This document shows positions 1-11,982 of a stretch of DNA of 64,000 nt, piece by piece. Numbering within the stretch: position 1 is the first letter of the stretch; every line of letters begins with the position of its first letter. The notes under the pieces are model-generated. The model worked only from the letters and a program-made list of their open reading frames with translations, was not told where the DNA came from and searched no databases. Source of the DNA: Escherichia coli (GTDB lineage Bacteria; Pseudomonadota; Gammaproteobacteria; Enterobacterales; Enterobacteriaceae); the NCBI RefSeq assembly GCF_050920415.1, contig NZ_CP169309.1, one strand, 5' to 3'. The position numbers and the translations under genes are program-made.

Positions 1-45
1 AGCCTGGTGCATGAGCCGGGGAGCGCAAGGCAGACAATTCTGTAA

Positions 46-691
<646 letters not shown>

Positions 692-763
692 TTATTCCCA
701 AGAATTGATAGTGAGTGTAATATTCACGCGCTCAATTATCATAACTAATTCCTGGGGAATGCT

Positions 764-1804
764 ATGACTGGTCAGTCTTCATCTCAGGCGGCAACGCCCA
801 TTCAGTGGTGGAAACCCGCGCTTTTCTTTCTCGTTGTCATTGCTGGTCTCTGGTATGTGAAATGGCAACCTTACTACGGCAAAGCGTTTACCGCCGCCGA
901 AACTCACAACATCGGTAAATCAATACTCTCACAGGCGGATGCTAATCCGTGGCAGGCGGCGTTGGATTACGCGATGATCTATTTCCTCGCGGTATGGAAA
1001 GCGGCGGTGCTGGGAGTGATCCTCGGGTCGTTGATTCAGGTGCTGATCCCTCGTGACTGGCTGCTGCGTACGCTTGGGCAATCGCGCTTTCGCGGCACGC
1101 TGCTGGGAACGCTGTTTTCGCTGCCGGGCATGATGTGTACTTGCTGTGCGGCACCGGTCGCGGCGGGGATGCGTCGCCAACAGGTGTCGATGGGCGGGGC
1201 GCTGGCATTCTGGATGGGCAATCCGTTGTTAAATCCGGCGACGCTGGTGTTTATGGGTTTTGTCCTCGGCTGGGGCTTTGCGGCGATTCGTCTGGTGGCG
1301 GGACTGGTGATGGTGTTGCTGATTGCGACCCTGGTGCAAAAATGGGTGCGTGAAACACCGCAAACACAGGCACCGGTCGAAATTGATATGCCGGAAGTGC
1401 AGGGCGGATTCTTTAGCCGCTGGGGTAGGGCGCTATGGACGCTTTTCTGGAGTACGATCCCGGTATATATCCTTGCCGTACTGGCGTTGGGTGCCGCTCG
1501 CGTCTGGTTATTCCCCCATGCCGATGGTGCTGTCGATAACAGCCTGATGTGGGTGATTGCGATGGCGGTAGCGGGATGCTTGTTTGTCATTCCCACGGCA
1601 GCAGAAATTCCGATTGTACAAACGATGATGCTGGCAGGTATGGGAACCGCTCCGGCGCTGGCATTGTTGATGACGCTTCCTGCTGTAAGTTTGCCGTCGC
1701 TGATAATGTTGCGTAAAGCGTTCCCGGCGAAAGCCTTATGGCTGACGGGTGCGATGGTGGCGGTGTCTGGTGTGATTGTCGGCGGGCTGGCGCTGTTGTT
1801 CTGA
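764..1804 (+). CDS. yraQ: Putative permease YraQ (multi-pass inner membrane protein)
   Basis: 346-aa hydrophobic ORF matching the ORF track; synteny. Confidence 0.85.
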   Translation: MTGQSSSQAATPIQWWKPALFFLVVIAGLWYVKWQPYYGKAFTAAETHNIGKSILSQADANPWQAALDYAMIYFLAVWKAAVLGVILGSLIQVLIPRDWLLRTLGQSRFRGTLLGTLFSLPGMMCTCCAAPVAAGMRRQQVSMGGALAFWMGNPLLNPATLVFMGFVLGWGFAAIRLVAGLVMVLLIATLVQKWVRETPQTQAPVEIDMPEVQGGFFSRWGRALWTLFWSTIPVYILAVLALGAARVWLFPHADGAVDNSLMWVIAMAVAGCLFVIPTAAEIPIVQTMMLAGMGTAPALALLMTLPAVSLPSLIMLRKAFPAKALWLTGAMVAVSGVIVGGLALLF

Positions 1805-1819
1805 TTTGAGGGAAAACAT

Positions 1820-1996
1820 GTCGGATGCGGCGTAAACGCCTTATCCGACCTACGGTTTGCATCGTTGCAGGCCTGATAAGACGCGGCAAGCGTCGCATCA
1901 GGCAACGGCAGTCGGATGCGGCGCAGGCGCCTTATCCGACCTACGGTTTGTGTCGTGTAGGCCTGATAAGACGCGGCAAGCGTCGCATCAGGCATT
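1820..1996. repeat. REP/BIME cluster (several palindromic REP units)
   Basis: Repeated GCCTGATAAGACGCGGCAAGCGTCGCATCAGGC and CGGATGCGGCGTAAACGCCTTATCCGACCTACGG type palindromes between convergent yraQ and dolP. Confidence 0.85.
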
Positions 1997-2007
1997 ACAA
2001 GGTGCTG

Positions 2008-2583
2008 CTATTTAATAAACGTAAACGCTGTGGTTACACGTTTTACGCCGCTCACCCGACTGGCAATATCTGCCGCCGCTTTCGCTTCACGTTCAGTCAC
2101 CAGCCCCATCAGGAACACTTCACCGTTTTCGGTGGTCACTTTCACGTTGGACGATTTCACCAGGTCGCTGGTTAAGAGCTGCGAACGCACTTTGGTGGTG
2201 ATCCACGTATCGTTAGACGCTTCGCCCAGACCAATCGGCTGGCCCTGACGAATCTCGTTATACACTTCGTTGGCACCGTCTACGCCCATAGCAATCTGTT
2301 TGGCGCGAGCCGAAAGTTCAGCGTTTGGTGACTGCCCAACCAGCAGCACTTTGCCCTGATAGGCCGTTACATTAATGCGTGCTTCTTTCTTGATTTGTTC
2401 GTCTTTCGACAATGCGCTGTTCACGCGCACTTCCAGGGTTCCATCATCCACCTGGGTGCCGACACTGCGTGGGTCAGTTGCGGCTTTTGTACCCACAGCC
2501 GCGGTGCCCACTACGGCGGCAGCAACGCAACCTTGCAACAGCAGTGCGGAAATAAGGACTGCGATTGGCGATAATGCCTTCAT
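2008..2583 (-). CDS. dolP: Outer-membrane lipoprotein DolP (YraP), dual BON domain
   Basis: 191-aa ORF with lipoprotein signal peptide (LLQGC); synteny diaA-dolP. Confidence 0.9.
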   Translation of the reverse strand: MKALSPIAVLISALLLQGCVAAAVVGTAAVGTKAATDPRSVGTQVDDGTLEVRVNSALSKDEQIKKEARINVTAYQGKVLLVGQSPNAELSARAKQIAMGVDGANEVYNEIRQGQPIGLGEASNDTWITTKVRSQLLTSDLVKSSNVKVTTENGEVFLMGLVTEREAKAAADIASRVSGVKRVTTAFTFIK

Positions 2584-2592
2584 GTATTCTCC

Positions 2593-3183
2593 TTAAACAT
2601 CCTGGTGAGGGAAAAGCGTGTTATCGATCAGATCGCACAAGCAATTTACCGTCAGCATATGCATTTCCTGAATGCGAGCACTACGATGCGAAGGAATGCG
2701 GATCTCCACATCCTGTGGCCCTAACAACCCTGCAAGTTCACCGCCGTCATAGCCAGTCAATGCCACAATGGTCATATCACGCGTAACAGCAGCTTCTACT
2801 GCTTTTACGATATCGCGGCTGTTGCCACGGGTGGAAATGGCTAACAACACATCTCCCGCATGCCCCAGCGCCCGCACTTGTTTTGCATACACTTCATCAT
2901 GTAAGCGATCGTTGGCAATCGCCGTTAAGACAACATTATCAGTATTTAGTGCAATGGCAGGTAAGCTGGGCCGCTCCGTTTCGAATCGGTTGATCATGCT
3001 GGCAGCAAAATGCTGTGCATTGGCAGCGGAAGTTCCATTACCACAACAGAGGATTTTGTTGCCATTGAGCAGAGACTGAACCAGCGTCATGGCTGCACGG
3101 GAGATGGCATCCGGAAGCGCCTCTGCTGCCGCAATTTGAGTTTGAATGCTTTCAGTGAAGCAAGCTTTAATTCGTTCTTGCAC
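2593..3183 (-). CDS. diaA: DnaA initiator-associating protein DiaA (SIS domain)
   Basis: 196-aa ORF, SIS-domain phosphoheptose-isomerase-like sequence; synteny. Confidence 0.9.
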
Positions 3184-3202
3184 GCTAATCCTTAAACCTT
3201 AA

Positions 3203-3598
3203 TTATGAGTGGTCATTAAAGGCATCCTTAATCCACTCAACTTCATTCCCGGTGAAGGCTACCACATCGAACCGGCAATCCACAGTATCAAAACTCCCAT
3301 TATGACGCGCGAGCCACAAGCGGGCAGTCTGTAATAATTTGTGTTGTTTGCTGCGGGTCACACTGGCTGCCGCACCACCGTAAAGGGCTGAGCGGCGGTA
3401 ACGCACCTCGACAAAAACGGTGGTCCTGCCTTCACGCATTATCAGATCGATCTCGCCGCCACGCTCGTTCACGTTAGCGGCGACAAACCGCAGTCCTTTG
3501 CTCTCCAGCCAGCGACGCGCTTGTGCCTCCCACGCATCGCCGGTCTGTTTAGTGGTTAACTGGCGGGGACTACCTGACCTTGTTGGTACTGTAGCCAT
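3203..3598 (-). CDS. yraN: UPF0102 family protein YraN
   Basis: 131-aa ORF; overlaps the lpoA 3' end by about 43 bp. Confidence 0.85.
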   Translation of the reverse strand: MATVPTRSGSPRQLTTKQTGDAWEAQARRWLESKGLRFVAANVNERGGEIDLIMREGRTTVFVEVRYRRSALYGGAAASVTRSKQHKLLQTARLWLARHNGSFDTVDCRFDVVAFTGNEVEWIKDAFNDHS

Positions 3599-5592
3599 GA
3601 TAACTTCCTGTTAATTACGCAATCCGGGTTAGCCGTCAGACTTCCGGTATTACCGTTGATTTCGAAACCCTGAACCTGGCGCATCTGTGAGAAATGATTT
3701 GCCAACGACCAGGCATCAACGCCCATCGCATACATGCGAGCCAGCGAATAATCGTTATTCACCGCACTGAGCGCCTGCTGCATTAATGGCAGATTACCGC
3801 CCGCCAGCATCGGGATTTCGCTATATTGCAAACCTTCCATTTCCAGACGGAAATCCGGACCCGCGGTGCCTTGTGCGCTTCGGGAGCTTGCGTACAGCGT
3901 TGCACCGCTCTGGCTACCGTTACGCATGGCGATCATCGGTTTGATAAAAGCGATTTCACCCGGCGTTGCCACAATGTACACCGCATCGACACGACCGCCA
4001 TTATTGGTGAACTGGTCATCGGTTGGCGTGGTTTGCAGCGTTGGATTGTTGGTCGTCATGCCGGAGTCGGTTGTTTCTCTGGGAGTAATCGGGCTACCGG
4101 TTAAAGCGATACCAGAACCACCGTTAACTCCCGCGCGTAATTCGCTGGTGGAACCAAATTTTTGTTGCAGAACGGTGCCGCCGCCCAGCTTCTGCCACTC
4201 TTGCGCAAACGCATTGGCTACGCGATCGCCCAGCGAACTGCGAGGGATCAGCACCAGTGGCGCTTGTTTACCCTGGTCACGAATATGACGCGCTGCATCG
4301 CGCGCTTCGTCTTCCGGTGAAAGCGCGAAGTAACAAATATTGACGCGGTTTTCGATATTTTCTGGCTGGTTCAGTGCCAGCACGTTCAGCGGGGTGTTGC
4401 TTTTCAGTAACTCTTCAACGTTATTTTTCAGCAACGGACCGACCACAATACTCGCGCCATCCTGCTGAACCTGGTTGAGGATCTGGCTAAGCGGTTGTGA
4501 TGAGGTATCATAAATTTTCAGCTCTGCGGATGGATTCGCGGGGGCGCTTACCGCCGCAGTGTTTGCCGCCGGGGCGCTTACAGGCACTGGTTGAGCCGCG
4601 GTTTCTTCGCCTGTCAGATCGCTAACCGAGGCTTGTGCCGGGCTGGCAACGCCGTCAACAGTTTGCTGCTGGGGTTGTTCTGCAACGTCTGCGATTGGTG
4701 CGGCAGTTGCCTGTGCCGCCACTGGCTGAGTGCCGATATTTTTCGCCGCTTCAAAGCCTTGCTGAATAGTGCGGCCAAATACCGCTGCCTGGCCATTCAG
4801 TGGCAACAGCAGGGCTATTTTGTTGGTTGACGCTGGTTTAAATGCTTTTACGTTTACCAACTGCGTAGGCAGCATTTTCGCGCCCGGGTTGTTCGGATAA
4901 CGTTTCTGCCAGTCGGCGATCCCAGCTTTCATCATGTCGGGATCGTTACGGTTATCAAACCAGACGCGCTGCAGATCAAGCCAGCCTTGCAGAATATTTT
5001 CGTCGGCGTTGATCACCAGCGTATTCGCCTGGTCCTGAGTCATGGAGGAGAGTGCCTGCCATGTAGCATCAATATTCTGTTGCTTTTCTTTCGCGCCGAG
5101 CAGGGGTTCCTGAGCAATTAAGGCGCGCAGTAAATCAATGGAAGGACGCCCCTGACTGGCATCGATTTTTGCCTGCCAGTAACGCGCCTGCTGGTTTTGA
5201 TCTAAATCGGCAGGTGTGATTTTCGCCAGCAGGGTTTGTGCGCCAGCAAAATCTTTCTGCGCCAGCTTAATTTCTACTGCCAGAAGAGTTTTCTCGCGAC
5301 GCTGGTAATCGTTCAGTTCCTGCGGCAGCTGGTTAAACAGCTCCACCGCCTGCCCGGTTTTACCTTCTTTCACCAGTGCACGAATGGCGAGTAATTGCCA
5401 GTTGATCCTGGTATCATCAGCGCTTTGCTGCATCTGCTGAAGATAAAAGGCAGAATCAGCCTGCGCCGTGCCCTGCATATAGGCAGTGGACTGATCGGGA
5501 GTATGGGTGCCACAACCGGCGAAAATCAGGGCTGCCAGAACAACAGGCAGACAACGCGCGGCTTTCAAACGAGAAAATGTTGAGGGTACCAT
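3556..5592 (-). CDS. lpoA: Penicillin-binding protein activator LpoA (outer-membrane lipoprotein)
   Basis: ORF 3556..5622 trimmed to the ATG at 5592 (MVPSTFSRL...); lipobox AGCG; TPR-like N-terminal region and periplasmic-binding-fold C-terminal region. Confidence 0.88.
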   Translation of the reverse strand: MVPSTFSRLKAARCLPVVLAALIFAGCGTHTPDQSTAYMQGTAQADSAFYLQQMQQSADDTRINWQLLAIRALVKEGKTGQAVELFNQLPQELNDYQRREKTLLAVEIKLAQKDFAGAQTLLAKITPADLDQNQQARYWQAKIDASQGRPSIDLLRALIAQEPLLGAKEKQQNIDATWQALSSMTQDQANTLVINADENILQGWLDLQRVWFDNRNDPDMMKAGIADWQKRYPNNPGAKMLPTQLVNVKAFKPASTNKIALLLPLNGQAAVFGRTIQQGFEAAKNIGTQPVAAQATAAPIADVAEQPQQQTVDGVASPAQASVSDLTGEETAAQPVPVSAPAANTAAVSAPANPSAELKIYDTSSQPLSQILNQVQQDGASIVVGPLLKNNVEELLKSNTPLNVLALNQPENIENRVNICYFALSPEDEARDAARHIRDQGKQAPLVLIPRSSLGDRVANAFAQEWQKLGGGTVLQQKFGSTSELRAGVNGGSGIALTGSPITPRETTDSGMTTNNPTLQTTPTDDQFTNNGGRVDAVYIVATPGEIAFIKPMIAMRNGSQSGATLYASSRSAQGTAGPDFRLEMEGLQYSEIPMLAGGNLPLMQQALSAVNNDYSLARMYAMGVDAWSLANHFSQMRQVQGFEINGNTGSLTANPDCVINRKLSWLQYQQGQVVPAS

Positions 5593-5656
5593 AATGTATC
5601 CAGTGATATTTTTTTTACGCAATGCTCAATATTAAATCGGCAATACGGACGACACA

Positions 5657-6520
5657 ATGAAACAACACCAATCGGCGGATAATTCTCAGGGCCAGCTTTA
5701 CATTGTACCGACGCCAATCGGCAATCTGGCAGATATCACCCAGCGTGCGTTGGAGGTTTTACAGGCCGTTGATCTGATTGCCGCCGAGGATACGCGTCAT
5801 ACCGGTTTACTGCTGCAACATTTTGGAATTAACGCCAGGTTGTTCGCCTTGCACGACCATAACGAACAACAGAAAGCCGAAACGTTACTGGCGAAGCTGC
5901 AGGAAGGGCAAAACATTGCGCTGGTGTCCGATGCCGGAACGCCACTGATTAACGATCCCGGCTATCATCTGGTGCGTACCTGCCGAGAAGCGGGGATTCG
6001 CGTGGTGCCACTACCGGGGCCGTGTGCTGCTATCACTGCATTAAGTGCTGCGGGTTTACCATCCGATCGTTTTTGTTATGAAGGCTTTTTACCTGCCAAA
6101 TCAAAAGGCCGCCGTGATGCGCTAAAAGCCATTGAAGCGGAGCCGCGCACGCTGATTTTTTATGAATCCACCCACCGTCTGTTAGATAGCCTGGAAGATA
6201 TCGTTGCTGTGCTGGGTGAGTCCCGTTACGTGGTGCTGGCGCGTGAGCTCACCAAAACCTGGGAAACCATTCACGGCGCGCCCGTTGGCGAGCTGCTGGC
6301 GTGGGTAAAAGAAGATGAAAACCGTCGCAAAGGCGAAATGGTGCTGATTGTTGAAGGCCATAAAGCGCAGGAAGAAGACTTACCCGCCGATGCCCTGCGC
6401 ACGCTGGCGCTGTTGCAGGCAGAACTGCCGCTGAAAAAAGCGGCGGCGCTGGCAGCAGAAATTCACGGCGTGAAGAAAAATGCGCTGTATAAGTATGCGC
6501 TGGAACAGCAGGGGGAGTGA
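5657..6520 (+). CDS. rsmI: 16S rRNA 2'-O-ribose C1402 methyltransferase RsmI
   Basis: 287-aa ORF divergent from lpoA; tetrapyrrole-methylase-like fold sequence. Confidence 0.9.
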
Positions 6521-6569
6521 TTACAGGCGTCGCAGCAAGAATAGAGCTGCAACGCCTACACCGGGCGAT

Positions 6570-7337
6570 TTAACGACGACACATCTCATCAATCATGCAT
6601 GTGAAATAGTTATGCAGCCATAAAAACGAAGCCGGGATAGCGGTAGAGACTTTAGCCGTGAGAAAACGTTCTGTCGCATCCTGCTTTCCTTCGCCAGTTA
6701 TCAGTAACAAAACTTCGCGGGCATTGAGAATATCCTTCAGGCCTAAAGTGATCCCACGAGTCACGGGACGGCCCGCGGTTTTTAACATCTCATGTTGTTG
6801 CGTTCTGGTATCAAGCTGGCTGATATGGCTTGCTGGTTGCAGACTTTCTCCCGGTTCGTTCAGCCCAAGATGGCCGTTTTTTCCCAATCCGAGAACGCAT
6901 AAATCCAGACCGCCTTTGCGCGCAATCAGGTTCGTTACCCGTTCGCACTCTGTCTCATTTATCTCTTCAGAGCGAAAGCTGATGAGCTGGTCTTCACGTA
7001 GCCCCAGCGGCTGCACGATATGCTGTTGAAGGAAAGTTTCGCAGGTGCCAGGCATTGTTAATGGCAGATCCACCCATTCGTCGAGCTTCACGAAGGTTAG
7101 TTGGCTGACATCAACCTGCTGCTGGTGGATTTTTTCTACCAGATAATGATACGTCAGTAATGGTGTGGCTCCGGTCGCCAGGCAAATCACGGCATCCGGT
7201 TTGCTACGGATCACGGCCAATAAATATTCGCTGGCACGTTCACTTAACGCCGTATAGTTTTCAACTTGTTGAAGGGTTTGCACAGGATGAAATTCCTTTA
7301 GTAAAGAGGCACCACCAGACGCAGTGCCTCGTTCCAT
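6570..7337 (-). CDS. agaI: Galactosamine-6-phosphate deaminase/isomerase AgaI (NagB family)
   Basis: 255-aa ORF with NagB/glucosamine-6-P deaminase-like sequence; last gene of the aga cluster; exact start not verified. Confidence 0.85.
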   Translation of the reverse strand: MERGTASGGASLLKEFHPVQTLQQVENYTALSERASEYLLAVIRSKPDAVICLATGATPLLTYHYLVEKIHQQQVDVSQLTFVKLDEWVDLPLTMPGTCETFLQQHIVQPLGLREDQLISFRSEEINETECERVTNLIARKGGLDLCVLGLGKNGHLGLNEPGESLQPASHISQLDTRTQQHEMLKTAGRPVTRGITLGLKDILNAREVLLLITGEGKQDATERFLTAKVSTAIPASFLWLHNYFTCMIDEMCRR

Positions 7338-8129
7338 TTACAAAATGCCGAATGCGGAACAAACAATAGAGAGCACAAAAGTCACGCCGATTAACAGCAC
7401 CGGATGCGCTTTTTTCACCCGCAGGAAGTAATACATCAACAGGGTGTAGGCCATCGGTAAAATGTTCGGGAAGACTTTATCGAAGAAATCCTGCTGCAGC
7501 GCGACGCTGTGGGTACTGTCGATGGCAAACGATGTCACCACGTTAATATGCACATACGAAGCGATCAGCCCGCCGATTACCGTGATCCCGAGGATGGTTG
7601 CCGAACGAGCAATCATCTGCGAGTTCTCTCGCACTTTATCGATCGCCTTCACGCCGACTGAATAACCGACGTGGGTCCAGCCGACGCGCAGGAAGAAGAT
7701 AAGCAGGTAAACGGCGAAAAATAGAATCGGCCCCAGCAGGTTTCCCTGACTGGCAAACGATGAGCAAATCCCCGCCATAATCGGCAACAAAGTAAACCAG
7801 AAAATCGCATCACCAATCCCGGCGATTGGGCCAAACAGCGCCACTTTGAGGCCTTTAATGGTGTCGCGGTTTTCTCCTTTTTCTTCCATCGAAATTAATA
7901 ACCCCATCAGGAATCCGACCAGATTCGGGTGAGTATTAATAAATTCGAGGTTATCTTTCATCGCCGCGCTTAGGCCCGGTTTGTCGTCCTTATAAATCTT
8001 TTTCAGGAGCGGCAACATCGCCCAGGTAAAACCGCCCGCCTGCATCCTTTCGTAGTTAAAGCTCGCTTGCAGGAGTGACGAACGAAAGCCCAGACGGGTG
8101 ATATCTTTTTTACTGATTTCAGATCCCAT
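7338..8129 (-). CDS. agaD: PTS galactosamine-specific EIID component
   Basis: ORF 7338..8276 trimmed to MGSEISKKD... start at 8129; mannose-family IID; start overlaps the agaC stop. Confidence 0.85.
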   Translation of the reverse strand: MGSEISKKDITRLGFRSSLLQASFNYERMQAGGFTWAMLPLLKKIYKDDKPGLSAAMKDNLEFINTHPNLVGFLMGLLISMEEKGENRDTIKGLKVALFGPIAGIGDAIFWFTLLPIMAGICSSFASQGNLLGPILFFAVYLLIFFLRVGWTHVGYSVGVKAIDKVRENSQMIARSATILGITVIGGLIASYVHINVVTSFAIDSTHSVALQQDFFDKVFPNILPMAYTLLMYYFLRVKKAHPVLLIGVTFVLSIVCSAFGIL

Positions 8130-8922
8130 TGCTGTAGTCCTCTTCTTCATTTTTACTGGCAACGGGCTGCGGTTGCGCTTGCTGCCGGGATTTCGCATTG
8201 AAAAACTCATACACCGCAAAGCCTGCGCCCAGTACGGCAACCGGCAACAGGTTGCTGACCTGGATGTAGCAAACAAACAGGAAACCGGCGATCAGGTAAG
8301 GGATATATTGCGCTTTGAACATTACGCGCAGCAGCAAGCCAAAACCAACGGCAGGCAGAATGCCGCCAGCCACTTCAAAGCCGTGGGTCAGCCAGGCGGG
8401 CATCGCTTTCACCAGCGCCTGCATCGCCCCTTGCGCCAGGTAAGTACAGAGGAAAGCAATCACCGCATACGCTGAAGCGACGATGAGCATCGTTGTCCAG
8501 TTAAGTCGGGAAAACGCTGCTGTATCCGCCTCTTTCGCACAATTATCAGCTTTGGTCATAAATAATGAGAATGCCGAATAGAAGAACAGAATGACGTACT
8601 GCATTAACAAACTAAACGGCAGACCAAGGCCAATTGCCGTTTTGGCATCGACGCCCGTAGACCATGCAATGACGGTAGTCATCAGACCCGCCATAATTGG
8701 GTTGGGCGGCTGTACACCACCTGCGGGGGTTAATCCGGCGAAAGCCAGTTCTGTTAGGCCACCGGTAATTAAGCCAGTCTGAATATCACCGAGAATAGCA
8801 CCTGTAAGGGTACAAACGATTATCGGGCGGAATAAAAATAAGGCTTCCAGCCAAAAATCAATCCCCAGAACGAAAACTAACGCCGCCAGGGATAATCCCT
8901 GAATTAGGGTTATTTCATGCAT
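8119..8922 (-). CDS. agaC: PTS galactosamine-specific EIIC component
   Basis: 267-aa hydrophobic mannose-family IIC ORF. Confidence 0.88.
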   Translation of the reverse strand: MHEITLIQGLSLAALVFVLGIDFWLEALFLFRPIIVCTLTGAILGDIQTGLITGGLTELAFAGLTPAGGVQPPNPIMAGLMTTVIAWSTGVDAKTAIGLGLPFSLLMQYVILFFYSAFSLFMTKADNCAKEADTAAFSRLNWTTMLIVASAYAVIAFLCTYLAQGAMQALVKAMPAWLTHGFEVAGGILPAVGFGLLLRVMFKAQYIPYLIAGFLFVCYIQVSNLLPVAVLGAGFAVYEFFNAKSRQQAQPQPVASKNEEEDYSNGI

Positions 8923-8960
8923 TTTTATTACCTCAAACCAGTATTAAGGCGATTTTAAAT

Positions 8961-9437
8961 TTAGTCAGGGATTTGTTCTTTTTGATCGCCGGGGACGTCC
9001 TGAATAAAAATATTCACACCGCGTTGTTTAATAAAGCGTAAGTCCGTGAGATCCTGGTCATCGACATAAACTTTACTGCTGATTTGCTTTTTACCTTCCG
9101 AGAAATGCATATTGCCGACGTTGACATCTTTCAGGTCAATGCCACCTTCTATCAATTTACGTACCGTTTGTGGCGTACGGCAAATCAGGAAGATCTTCTG
9201 ATGCGGTGCAGCTTTGCCGATGACGTTAATGGTTTTTTCGATAGTAAAGAAACGAATGCCAAAGCCGTAGGTTTCCGCGGTAATACCCATTAATTTCTGT
9301 TGAATATCATCGTTAGCGACAACATCATCCACGACCACCAGCAGATTTGCACCGATGGTAGATGTCCAGGTCACACCAACCTGACCGTGAACCAGACGGT
9401 TATCAATACGGGTTAAGAGAATATTTGGACTGCTCAT
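8961..9437 (-). CDS. agaB: PTS galactosamine-specific EIIB component
   Basis: 158-aa ORF, mannose-family IIB (RIDNRLVHGQV motif). Confidence 0.88.
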   Translation of the reverse strand: MSSPNILLTRIDNRLVHGQVGVTWTSTIGANLLVVVDDVVANDDIQQKLMGITAETYGFGIRFFTIEKTINVIGKAAPHQKIFLICRTPQTVRKLIEGGIDLKDVNVGNMHFSEGKKQISSKVYVDDQDLTDLRFIKQRGVNIFIQDVPGDQKEQIPD

Positions 9438-9603
9438 TGTGTAATCCTCACCATAAAGTTGAATAATATAATTTTTTTAAATATATTATTGTTGCGATAT
9501 TTTACTGATGTATTTATTAAGGTTTAGTTATCTCCTTTACCATTAAGGCACTCCCCGATATTAATCGGGAAGTACATTGGGATAAATCATAAAAAACTAA
9601 TGA

Positions 9604-10476
<873 letters not shown>

Positions 10477-11631
10477 TTATGCCTGCCACGGATGAATGAT
10501 TACGCCTTGCACCACGCGGTTAACGGTGCCGCTGGCTGATGGGGTATCCGGCGTATTGCCCATGTGCAGCGATTGCATCAGTGCAAATGTCTGGGCGTAC
10601 ATCAGGAAGCAAAATGCCTGCTCAACGTCGATAAAGTGACGGGACGGCGGCAGGATGATATGTGGACCGGCGGTAATAACGTCGTTGCTTTCCGCGGCGA
10701 TAGCGATTACGCGCATTGCCTGGTTGTCACGGCGGAGTTCTGCCAGCAGATCAAGATCATACTGACGCGTATAGGGGTGGCTGGAGACAAACACCACCAC
10801 CAGCGTTTCGTCATCGACCAGTGATTTAGGCCCATGACGGAATCCGGTCGGGGAATCATAAAAGGCCGCCAGTTTACCCGCCGTTAGTTCAAGCACTTTC
10901 AGCGCCGACTCGCGTGCTGCACCCTGTAATCCACCACTGCCGAGATAAACGATCCGTTTCCACGGTGCGTAACCAAACACACCTTCGCTGAAATCGCCCA
11001 GTGAGGTCAGGATCGCCTGGCAACGATCCGCTACGTCGCGGAAGGTCTGGCTATTGATTGTCTCAGGTGCGAAAACCGCGAGGCAGCTGGCCATCATAGT
11101 GGTAATGCTGCTTGTCATCGCAAAGCCGCGATCGTGCGTTTCTGCGGGCATCAGCAGGGCAAACGCGTTGTCGCTGTTGATCGCGTTTTGGTAAAGAGCG
11201 CCCGCTTCGTTGCAGGTGATCGGCAGGTGATAGCATTCCGGTACAAACTGATTCGCCAGTTCCACGGCGGCGACGCTTTCCGGGCTGTTGCCGGATCGAC
11301 CGAAGGAGATCATCAGCAGCGGATGAGCTGGATTCAGGTAGTCCATCGGATTGGTGACCAGATCGGTGGTTGGTACGGCGCTGAAGTTTTTACCGGTATG
11401 GCTGGCGAGCCACGGCGCGATGATGTCACCGATAAATGCCGAGGTTCCGGCTCCGGTCAGGATGATCCGCAGATTCTCTTTGCGCAGTAACGGTTCAAGG
11501 AAGTTATTGAGCGCGGAACGTAGCGCGTCGATGTTGGTGAGTGAACGGATCCATGCGCGAGGCTGATGGCGGATCTCTTCTTCAGTCCATGTGCCGGTGG
11601 TGGCGGCCGCTGGGGTGTAATTTTCTGGCAT
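10477..11631 (-). CDS. agaS: Putative galactosamine-6-phosphate deaminase/isomerase AgaS (tandem SIS domains)
   Basis: 384-aa ORF; synteny. Confidence 0.88.
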   Translation of the reverse strand: MPENYTPAAATTGTWTEEEIRHQPRAWIRSLTNIDALRSALNNFLEPLLRKENLRIILTGAGTSAFIGDIIAPWLASHTGKNFSAVPTTDLVTNPMDYLNPAHPLLMISFGRSGNSPESVAAVELANQFVPECYHLPITCNEAGALYQNAINSDNAFALLMPAETHDRGFAMTSSITTMMASCLAVFAPETINSQTFRDVADRCQAILTSLGDFSEGVFGYAPWKRIVYLGSGGLQGAARESALKVLELTAGKLAAFYDSPTGFRHGPKSLVDDETLVVVFVSSHPYTRQYDLDLLAELRRDNQAMRVIAIAAESNDVITAGPHIILPPSRHFIDVEQAFCFLMYAQTFALMQSLHMGNTPDTPSASGTVNRVVQGVIIHPWQA

Positions 11632-11679
11632 AACTCAATCCTTAGTCTGATGAACTTGACTTCCGGCATTGCAGGTTTC

Positions 11680-11790
11680 GCTTGCCTTTCGTTTCATTTC
11701 ACTTGGTGATTCGTTTCGTTGATTAAAATCTATAGAAAAGAAATCGAAAGTTCAATGGAGAAAAAAGAAATAAAACGAAATTTGTGATCG
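11680..11790. promoter_or_regulatory. agaS promoter region with repeated AgaR-type operator motifs
   Basis: Repeated CTTTCGTTTCATTTC, TTCGTTTCGTT, AAATCGAAAG and AAAACGAAAT motifs upstream of agaS. Confidence 0.6.
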
Positions 11791-11982
11791 TTGAAAGAAA
11801 AGACAAGGGAAGATTAAAGGATTGCGTGATGACGTCGCTATGTGTACCGATTGCTGGAAGCGGCGTACCGTTAGAGCGGATAAGACGCGCCAGCGTCGCA
11901 TTCGACACCACTGCACAGATTAAAACGAAAGAAAAAGAAAGGCCTTACGGGGGAAGTGAAGGCCCAATAAAGGAGCAAATCA

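Noticed and set aside
1820-1996. Possible CRISPR array suggested by clustered short repeats (also at 40233..40337, 43381..43490, 44588..44690)
   Set aside because: The repeats are palindromic REP units in alternating orientation with irregular spacing and no unique spacers or leader; no cas genes are present.
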